Shown here: positions 43,102 to 49,490 of the stretch, piece by piece | Layout of the letters: every line of letters begins with the position of its first letter | Numbering within the stretch: the stretch's first letter is position 1 | Source of the DNA: an uncultured Candidatus Saccharibacteria bacterium | GTDB lineage: Bacteria > Patescibacteriota > Minisyncoccia > Phycocordibacterales > UBA918 | NCBI GenBank assembly: GCA_964399295.1 | Contig: CAYNQD010000001.1 | Coordinates: 152,454-201,943 of the forward strand | Direction: 5' to 3' | Length of the DNA: 49,490 nucleotides | Translations under genes and position numbers: made by a program | The notes under the pieces: generated by a model | What the model was told of the DNA's origin: nothing | The model's input: the letters and a program-made list of their open reading frames with translations, nothing else | Database searches by the model: none

Positions 43102-44001
43102 ATGATATCTCCATTTCCGTTTTTCAAGAAAATATCTTTAGACGACGAATTGGATATTAAGTCTTACACAAATAAGTATAAGCCATATTCGGATTTTAAT
43201 TTTACCAATCTGTGGTCTTGGGATGATGAGAGGCAATTTTCAGACCTAAATGGTAATTTGATCGTTTATTTTACTGATTATGAATCCGGTGAACCGTTTC
43301 TATCTTTTTTGGGTGAAAATAAAGTTGATGAAACGGCTTCAACGCTAATTGATTATGCTAAAGAAAAAGGTTTACCGCCAACCTTAGATTTGGTGGGCGA
43401 GGAATCAATTAAAAATATAAATCAAGACAAATTTTTTGTCGAACCAAGTAATGGAAATTTCGATTATATATTTGATATTTCTAAACTGGCTTTTTTGCAA
43501 GGGAAGAGTTTTAAAGCAAAAAAGAGGTCGTCTGTAAATTTTCTTGCTAATAATGAAGTATCTTTTGATTGCGTTCCCCTGAAAAAACAGTATTGTGTTG
43601 ATGATTTGCTTTCGGTAATTCTTAAATGGAAACACAATAAAATTAAAGAAGGTAAAAGTTATTGTAAGCAAGAAGAATTAAGTCTAAAAAAACTTTTTGC
43701 CGCCACGGTAACCAACGATCAGTTATTATTGTCGACGGTTTTGGTGGACAATAACATTGTCGGTTTTAGTGTGGACGAGGTCTTGGTGGATGGTTATGCG
43801 ATTTCACATTTTATTAAGGCTGATGTTTCATACAAAGGTATTTATGAATTTATGAATGAAAAAATCGCGGAAAAATTGCATGAACGTGGTATTGTGTATT
43901 GGAACTGGGAGCAGGATTTGGGAGTAGAGTGTCTCAAGCTCAATAAGCTTAGTTATCATCCGGTAGATTTATTAAAAAAATATAAAATAACTCTCAGGTA
44001 A
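43102..44001 (+). CDS. DUF2156 / MprF C-terminal synthase-like (LPG_synthase_C, GNAT-fold) protein
   Basis: 299 aa with YSDFNFTNLWSWD..., GNFDYIFDISKLAFLQGKSFKAKKRSSVNF, GFSVDEVL, WNWEQDLGVECLKLNKLSYHP and KKYKI. This matches the DUF2156 pattern as I remember it. Confidence 0.7.
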   Translation: MISPFPFFKKISLDDELDIKSYTNKYKPYSDFNFTNLWSWDDERQFSDLNGNLIVYFTDYESGEPFLSFLGENKVDETASTLIDYAKEKGLPPTLDLVGEESIKNINQDKFFVEPSNGNFDYIFDISKLAFLQGKSFKAKKRSSVNFLANNEVSFDCVPLKKQYCVDDLLSVILKWKHNKIKEGKSYCKQEELSLKKLFAATVTNDQLLLSTVLVDNNIVGFSVDEVLVDGYAISHFIKADVSYKGIYEFMNEKIAEKLHERGIVYWNWEQDLGVECLKLNKLSYHPVDLLKKYKITLR

Positions 44002-44010
44002 TTTAAAAAT

Positions 44011-44931
44011 ATGTCTTGGTTTTTTATCGCAATAATCGGACCGGTGCTATATGCTCTGACAAACCATATAGACAAAATTCTTTTAGAAAAATATTTTAAA
44101 CAAAGCGGGGTCGGTACTCTCATATTGTTTTCTTCGCTTTTGTCGGCCTTGGCTTTGCCGTTTTTGCTTCTGATAGACCCAACTGTGTTGGATATTGATA
44201 TTTTTAATATAATGATACTGGCGGTCTTGGGGATTCTAAACATACTGGTTCTTTGGTTTTATTTATTGGCTCTGATGGATGAAGAGGCTTCGGTTGCGAT
44301 TGTCTTCTACCAGTTGGTGCCGGTTTTTGGCGTGATATTGGGGTATTTTCTTCTGGGCGAAGTCTTAACGCAAATGCAACTCATAGCCATGGCTATCATC
44401 ATTTTGGGAGCCACGATAATCTCTTTTGAAATAGATAATGACAATAAATTCACCCTAAGAAAACAAACGATTTTTTACATGACAATAGCTTCCTTTTTCT
44501 GGGCGCTTAGTTCGGTAATTTTTAAGTTTGTGGCCTTGGAGGAAAATGTTTGGCGAACACTTTTTTGGGAACATCTGATGATGGTGTTGGTGGGAATTTG
44601 TATTTTTGTGTTTGTGAGGTCGTATCGTCAGCATTTTTTATTGGCTATTAAGGAAAATTCACGAGCTATTTTGTCGCTTAATGTTGCCAACGAAACCTTA
44701 TACATGCTGGGAAATATCGCTTTTTCTTTCGCTTATTTGTTGGCGCCAATCGCGTTGGTTTTGTTGACTCAATCTTTTCAGCCGATTTTCGTATTGGCCA
44801 TCGGAATATTTTTAACCATCTTTTTCCCAAAAATCACCGTAGAAAAAATTGAAGCTAAATATTTATGGCAAAAACTTTTTGCTATTTGCATAACCGGAAT
44901 AGGTACTTACATCCTGCTGTTTATCTCCTAA
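44011..44931 (+). CDS. EamA/DMT-superfamily transporter (10 TM)
   Basis: 306 aa. Two EamA-like five-helix repeats are recognisable from the hydrophobicity pattern. Confidence 0.75.
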   Translation: MSWFFIAIIGPVLYALTNHIDKILLEKYFKQSGVGTLILFSSLLSALALPFLLLIDPTVLDIDIFNIMILAVLGILNILVLWFYLLALMDEEASVAIVFYQLVPVFGVILGYFLLGEVLTQMQLIAMAIIILGATIISFEIDNDNKFTLRKQTIFYMTIASFFWALSSVIFKFVALEENVWRTLFWEHLMMVLVGICIFVFVRSYRQHFLLAIKENSRAILSLNVANETLYMLGNIAFSFAYLLAPIALVLLTQSFQPIFVLAIGIFLTIFFPKITVEKIEAKYLWQKLFAICITGIGTYILLFIS

Positions 44932-45005
44932 TAGATATGCACCGCTCCCAATAAGAGTTATCCCAATTTTTGCTATAATAAAGCTATTGCTAAAATAAAT
45001 TATGT

Positions 45006-45380
45006 ATGCACTTTAAGAAATACATACTTTTGTACACCCTAATACCGTTACTAATTATAACTGTCGCCGCTTCATATTACCGTTTTATAGTCTTGCATGA
45101 TTATGTTGTCGCTTACGAAATCGAGTGCGACCCGGTGTTGCAAAGCTGTTTTGTTGGCTGCGAAGACGATGAGTGTTCTGCTAAATACCACTACGCTATT
45201 ATGCAGAGACATGCTTCTGATTTAATAGAGCTTTGCGGTGTAAATATCGTGGGATGTGATGAGGCTTCCATTTGCCAGGCAGGAGAAAGCGAATGTGCGA
45301 TTCTTTTTTGCGATGATCAGACGCTGGGTCATGGCTGTGATGATGTTGGAGATGAAGAGGTGCGTGAATCTATCTTGTAA
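45006..45380 (+). CDS. Signal-anchored Cys-rich acidic protein (124 aa, 10 Cys)
   Basis: N-terminal TM YILLYTLIPLLIITVAASYY, followed by 10 Cys within ~80 residues and an acidic tail. It ends 3 nt before the kinase gene. Confidence 0.6.
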   Translation: MHFKKYILLYTLIPLLIITVAASYYRFIVLHDYVVAYEIECDPVLQSCFVGCEDDECSAKYHYAIMQRHASDLIELCGVNIVGCDEASICQAGESECAILFCDDQTLGHGCDDVGDEEVRESIL

Positions 45381-45383
45381 ATT

Positions 45384-47057
45384 ATGATTTGTTATTTATA
45401 TCCAGAACCGATATTTTTCTTTTTTTCCACCGATGTTCCGGAGTTGCTATATTACTCTCATATACCAGTAGCTTTAGTGATGCTATTTGTAGGTCTCTAT
45501 GTGTTTTTTGGTAATCGACATTCTCTTCTAAATCAACTTTTTTTGTCTTTAGCGTTATGTTTTTTCTCTTGGATAATCATAAATTTAATAGCCTGGACAA
45601 ATATTAACGGAGGACTCATCGCTTTTTTGTGGCCGTTTTTTGGTGTTTTTGCCGGTCTGGTGTCAATCATATCAATCTATTTTATTTATGTGTTTCTACA
45701 CAAAAAAGATGTTCCTTTTTCCTACAAACTTACCTTTCTAGCTCTTTTATCACCACTGATACTACTAGCGCCCAGCAACCTGAGTGTGAGCGGATTCAAC
45801 ATAACCTACTGTGACTCCTTTGGATTTGAAGGGCTGGCTTACAAGACCTACTACACTTCATTGGGTATTTTGTCTATGTTGTGGATTCTTGGTTTGTTGA
45901 TAAAGAGTTATCGTAAAGCGAATCGTTATTTTAAAAAACAGATTATCTGTGTTGGTGTTGGTATTGAATTCTCTTTGTTTATATTTTCTATTGTTTCTTT
46001 CATAACTTATCTGGTAAATATTGGCGTACTTTCAGATTCCAGATTAGAAATGTATGGACTGTTTGGTATCTTGGTTTTTATTATTTCTATTGTTTTTGTC
46101 ATCGTTAGGTATAAAGTATTTAATATAAAGTTAGCTGCTCCAGTGGCTTTGGTTGTTGGTTTGTGGCTGTTGGTTTTTTCACTTTTATTTGTTCGTAATA
46201 TTGAAGTCGCTCAGGTTGTTGTTTCCGTAACTTTGTTTTTCTTGTTTATCTTTGGATACTTGCTTATAAAAGCTGTTAGAAATGAAATCAAACAGCGTGA
46301 AGAAATAGAAAAACTGGCAAAAAGTTTGAGAGAGACCAACCTACGACTCAGAGAGCTTGATAAACAAAAATCAGAATTTGTGGCGATTGCTTCTCATCAG
46401 CTGCGTAGTCCGCTGACGGCGGTCAGTGGCTACGCCTCACTTTTAAAAAGCGGGGACTTCGGCCGATTGCCGGCCAAGGCGCTTGATCCGGTTGATCGCA
46501 TTTATACCTCTGCTCGCTCTATGGCTCAGTCTATAGAAGAATATTTAAATGTGTCGCAAATTGAATCCGGCAGCATGAAGTATAACCTCACTGACTTTAG
46601 TCTGCGTGAAATGGTAGAAAATATTTCTGATGATCTGCGACCTGAAGTTTTGCGATCGGGCCTCCTTTTATTCTTCAAAACCGATTTATCCAGCCGAGCC
46701 ATTGTGCATGCCGACAAAGGTAAAATCGCCCAAGCGATTCACAATCTCATAAATAATTCCATCAAATACACCCAAAAAGGCACGATTACGGTTTTGGTTA
46801 GAGACAATGTCGAACTCAAGCGTATTTACGTAGAGGTGATTGACACAGGGGTCGGCATGAGTGAATCCACCATCTCAAATCTTTTTCAAAAATTCGAACG
46901 TGCTGATAACGCTCACGAGGTCAATGTTCAAGGCTCCGGACTCGGCCTTTATATGGCACTGAAAATTACTGAAGCAATGGGCGGCACTATCAACGCCTAT
47001 TCTGAAGGAGAAGGAAAGGGTTCAAAATTCGTTCTGGAACTGACGCTGGTGGTGTAG
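45384..47057 (+). CDS. Sensor histidine kinase with ~7-8 TM N-terminal sensor domain; no response regulator in the window
   Basis: H-box FVAIASHQLRSPLT, N-box NLINNSIKYT, G1 DTGVGM and G2 GSGLGLY. About 290 aa of polytopic membrane domain. Confidence 0.9.
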   Translation: MICYLYPEPIFFFFSTDVPELLYYSHIPVALVMLFVGLYVFFGNRHSLLNQLFLSLALCFFSWIIINLIAWTNINGGLIAFLWPFFGVFAGLVSIISIYFIYVFLHKKDVPFSYKLTFLALLSPLILLAPSNLSVSGFNITYCDSFGFEGLAYKTYYTSLGILSMLWILGLLIKSYRKANRYFKKQIICVGVGIEFSLFIFSIVSFITYLVNIGVLSDSRLEMYGLFGILVFIISIVFVIVRYKVFNIKLAAPVALVVGLWLLVFSLLFVRNIEVAQVVVSVTLFFLFIFGYLLIKAVRNEIKQREEIEKLAKSLRETNLRLRELDKQKSEFVAIASHQLRSPLTAVSGYASLLKSGDFGRLPAKALDPVDRIYTSARSMAQSIEEYLNVSQIESGSMKYNLTDFSLREMVENISDDLRPEVLRSGLLLFFKTDLSSRAIVHADKGKIAQAIHNLINNSIKYTQKGTITVLVRDNVELKRIYVEVIDTGVGMSESTISNLFQKFERADNAHEVNVQGSGLGLYMALKITEAMGGTINAYSEGEGKGSKFVLELTLVV

Positions 47058-47239
47058 GGGTTTTATTGGTGGGTTTTGTTTGAATTGAGACATATATTCT
47101 CTGGAAGAATCTTGCTTCTCCAAATAAAGGAATCACTCATAATAAACCAGAACTACTATTTTTTGTCAATTGTTTTTTTTGCGTATGCGTTAGACTGCAA
47201 GGGCAGTATCTGGACTATAACTTCATAGGAGACTTAGTA

Positions 47240-47353
47240 ATGGGATGTTCCATTGCGGTGGTGGTGACAGTGACGGTAGTGACAGCGAGCCTGATCATGA
47301 CGGAGGTCATGGTTCAGACGGTGACGGTAACTGGGACGGAAAATAAGTACTAG
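47240..47353 (+). CDS. Micro-ORF with SD and its own terminator; the frame is ambiguous (37 aa from ATG 47240, or 33 aa from ATG 47245 to TAA 47346)
   Basis: AGGAG at 47227-47231. Frame A reads MGCSIAVVVTVTVVTASLIMTEVMVQTVTVTGTENKY. Frame B reads MFHCGGGDSDGSDSEPDHDGGHGSDGDGNWDGK. A hairpin follows at 47362-47393. Confidence 0.4.
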   Translation: MGCSIAVVVTVTVVTASLIMTEVMVQTVTVTGTENKY

Positions 47354-47355
47354 TT

Positions 47356-47398
47356 ATCCCCCCCCCCACATCAGAAAAAACTGATGTGGGGGGATTTT
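47356..47398 (+). terminator. Stem-loop ccccccacatcag-aaaaaa-ctgatgtgggggg plus TTTT; the 5' side carries a C10 homopolymer
   Basis: C-run at 47358-47367 (10 C) against a G6 run at 47088-47093-equivalent positions 47388-47393 on the 3' arm. attttaaaa follows. Confidence 0.65.
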
Positions 47399-47402
47399 AA
47401 AA

Positions 47403-47408
47403 TATAAT
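47403..47408 (+). promoter_or_regulatory. TATAAT -10 box 10 nt upstream of the M16B gene
   Basis: TATAAT lies at 47403-47408 and the ATG at 47419, with no SD. Confidence 0.4.
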
Positions 47409-47418
47409 AATCTATTTC

Positions 47419-48705
47419 ATGCATACTTTTTCAGATTTTGGTGTTGAGTATCAATTTGTTACTTTAAAAAATAAATCCAAGATCCATCTTTTGGGAAAAA
47501 AAGGTGCCCCCATACACATACAGGCTTGTGTACGGGCAGGAACAAGGTACAACACTATTCCAGGTCAGGCACATTTTCTTGAACATATGCTGGTTGCTGG
47601 TACGCGTTCTTATCCTTCAAAGCTAGCTTTAGCAACCGCCATAGAGAAGGTTGGTGGTTATTTTGAAGCGGTGACAGATGCTGATTTTTTACGTCTTACT
47701 GTGTCAGTGCCACATAAAAAATATGTATCATTGGCGGTAAAGATTCTTAATGAAATGATGACCGTTTCACTGTATCAAGAAGCAGTCTTCAAAAATGAAC
47801 AGACAGTTGTTTTAAGAGAGCAAAAAGACCGACTTCATAATTCCCAAATGTTGCTTATGGACACTCTTATGGAAGGAGTTTATTCTGATTTTGAATTGCG
47901 TTTTCAAGGTCTGGGTACTCCTGAAAGTATTTCAAATATGCAAGTGAAATCTGTTACTAAATTCGCGTCTACCAACATTACCGCAGAGAGAACATCATAT
48001 ATTGTCTCAGGAGATATTGAAATGAATGAAATTGAAAATTTTCTTTCAGTAATCACTCTACCTGAGGGTTTTGGAGATACCTTACCTGAACTGCTAACAC
48101 CAATAAATGAAGATAGGGTAACATATAAAAAATATGATGGTGGGAATTCGAATATACTCATTGGCTTTCGTTGTGATACTGATTCTTGGGCTGATGTGGT
48201 AGGGTTGCACTTAATTCAACAGATGTTTATGGGGCGCGGTAGCCGTCTTATTCAAGAACTTCGCTATACTAGGGGGTTGGTATATGGTGGAGGAGTGCCA
48301 TTTTGGGATTTTAATAAGACCAGTGTATTTGGTTTTCGTACCGCGTCGGCAACAGAAAAGCTTACTGAAGTTTTTGATATTATTCTGGATATTTTGGAGG
48401 AGATTTCTTTGAAAGGTATTTCTGAATCAGAATGTGAAGATCTTAAAGTAAAAATTGATAGTCACTATCGGTTTAATCTGCAAACAGCAAAAGAATGGAT
48501 AAATGCGGAGGTTTCAGCGTTACGACATGATGTTGAAGGCGAAGAAGCCAAAAATGCCTTGGCTTTGCTTACATATACTAAACAAATGACAGCTGATGAA
48601 CTAACCGAAATATATAGAAAATACATCAATACCAAAAGTGCTCATTGTGTTGTTCTTGGGTCATTATCAGAAGAAACCTTAGAATATTTCCATAAATTAT
48701 TGTAG
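47419..48705 (+). CDS. Stand-alone M16B-type zinc peptidase (HxxEH intact)
   Basis: 428 aa with GQAHFLEHMLVAGT plus the downstream NEQTVVLREQ, and both M16 half-domains. Confidence 0.85.
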   Translation: MHTFSDFGVEYQFVTLKNKSKIHLLGKKGAPIHIQACVRAGTRYNTIPGQAHFLEHMLVAGTRSYPSKLALATAIEKVGGYFEAVTDADFLRLTVSVPHKKYVSLAVKILNEMMTVSLYQEAVFKNEQTVVLREQKDRLHNSQMLLMDTLMEGVYSDFELRFQGLGTPESISNMQVKSVTKFASTNITAERTSYIVSGDIEMNEIENFLSVITLPEGFGDTLPELLTPINEDRVTYKKYDGGNSNILIGFRCDTDSWADVVGLHLIQQMFMGRGSRLIQELRYTRGLVYGGGVPFWDFNKTSVFGFRTASATEKLTEVFDIILDILEEISLKGISESECEDLKVKIDSHYRFNLQTAKEWINAEVSALRHDVEGEEAKNALALLTYTKQMTADELTEIYRKYINTKSAHCVVLGSLSEETLEYFHKLL

Positions 48706-48820
48706 CGGTATGTTGATAGTGTCTATTTTAGGCTGCAATGTTAAAAGGTTTGACATAAGTATAGTAAAGCTATACTCTTTGAAAAGAATCTCAAATATAA
48801 ACAAAATTTAGGAGAATCCT

Positions 48821-49459
48821 ATGACATATAAGTCTCTGGTTATGCGTCACAGTGGTATATATGTAGTACGTTATAATTTAGAACATACGTCCGCCCCTCA
48901 TAATTTGATTACCGATACCATAACTCCACTTTGGAAAAAGTATGAACCTTGGGCAACTTATAATGATGTAAGTCAGACAGTGACAAGGAAAACAGGTCGT
49001 GTTATAGACATCGCTTATGATGAAACTGGCGATGTTATGGGGGTTTATATTTTCCGTATATTTCAATATGGGTTATGGAGGATTATGTTTAGAGGTAACT
49101 CATACAGTTCTTTAAGTATTCGAGGTGTTGGTTCTTCACTACTAAGATTGACACTGAAACAGTATTATCCTGACAAACTTATTACATTTACTTCACAAGA
49201 TAGGGTATATGCATTTTTGTCTTATTTTGGTGAAATTTTACCGACAATGAATAAAAGTCCTGACGGTGAAGAGTTGCGGCTTTTGTCACAGCTAGCAGGT
49301 CGTTCCTGTAAGGTTGATGAACGTACTCTAATAGTAAAAGATTTTTATTATGATAAGCATGTAGCTCAAGGTAGTGCTGTGCGTAACAAATATGTTCATG
49401 ATTTATTTACCAAATTAGGGAGACGTGATGCTTATGCATTGATTGTTCGTTGTAAATAG
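48821..49459 (+). CDS. Hypothetical protein, weakly GNAT-like
   Basis: 212 aa. AGGAG at 48810-48814 lies 6 nt upstream. The segment VYIFRIF...LSIRGVGSSLLRLTLKQ resembles GNAT motif A (R-x-x-G-x-G/A); the assignment is tentative. Confidence 0.55.
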   Translation: MTYKSLVMRHSGIYVVRYNLEHTSAPHNLITDTITPLWKKYEPWATYNDVSQTVTRKTGRVIDIAYDETGDVMGVYIFRIFQYGLWRIMFRGNSYSSLSIRGVGSSLLRLTLKQYYPDKLITFTSQDRVYAFLSYFGEILPTMNKSPDGEELRLLSQLAGRSCKVDERTLIVKDFYYDKHVAQGSAVRNKYVHDLFTKLGRRDAYALIVRCK

Positions 49460-49490
49460 TGTGTGTAAAATAAAAGTAAACCGCCTTAAT

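Noticed and set aside
1-49490. Alternative genetic code (UGA recoding, as in SR1/Gracilibacteria)
   Set aside because: All housekeeping genes are full length under the standard code. TGA terminates at least three well-delimited genes (8357-8359, 23730-23732, 42365-42367).
1-49490. tRNA, rRNA, CRISPR array, IS element or integrase
   Set aside because: Scanning by eye, no intergenic region longer than 60 nt shows a cloverleaf-like T-arm (GGTTCGAAT-type), spaced direct repeats or a transposase-like ORF. A tRNAscan/Infernal run would be needed for certainty.

Overview
This is a 49.5-kb, gene-dense window with about 55 CDS, all but three on the + strand. It reads like core chromosome from a small-genome, AT-leaning bacterium using the standard code (TGA serves as a stop at 8357-8359, 23730-23732 and 42365-42367). 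My best guess for origin is Patescibacteria/CPR (Parcubacteria-like). This is inference only, since no rRNA is present. It rests on two MltG paralogs, DUF5671-like and DUF3467-like proteins, a sigma-region-4/HARE-HTH protein, an AlaRS lacking C-Ala, a Cys-less L36 and core genes without Shine-Dalgarno motifs.

Gene order: greA (partial), lysS, a short dcw block (mraZ-rsmH-ftsL-like-ftsI-murF), small hypotheticals, mltG copy 1 (-), sppA, ychF, leuS, the sigma-r4/HARE-HTH protein, a 444-aa membrane protein, mltG copy 2, mnmA. Next comes a DNA-enzyme cluster (ATP-cone/PD-(D/E)xK nuclease, Cas4-like nuclease, MGMT-domain protein), then an HD hydrolase, an M16 peptidase pair, an ABC exporter and alaS. 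An actin-fold ATPase with a bitopic membrane partner follows, then infA-rpmJ-rpsM-rpsK-rpsD-rpoA-rplQ-rplM-rpsI and grpE-dnaK-dnaJ.

The last ~6.7 kb looks accessory. It holds an AdoMetDC-like gene remnant, a DUF2156/MprF-synthase-like protein next to an EamA transporter, a Cys-rich membrane protein next to a 7TM histidine kinase, a terminator-bracketed micro-ORF, a stand-alone M16B peptidase and a GNAT-like protein.

I saw no tRNA, rRNA, CRISPR array or transposase. The non-coding signals are a phased AGTGG MraZ-box array, very long perfect hairpins at operon ends, and -10 boxes 5-11 nt upstream of many start codons. The best candidates for something undescribed are the micro-ORF/M16B/GNAT module with its neighbouring kinase, the ATP-cone nuclease cluster, the actin-fold/bitopic pair and the 444-aa membrane protein with MltG2. 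All functional calls come from motif recognition by eye; no searches were run.
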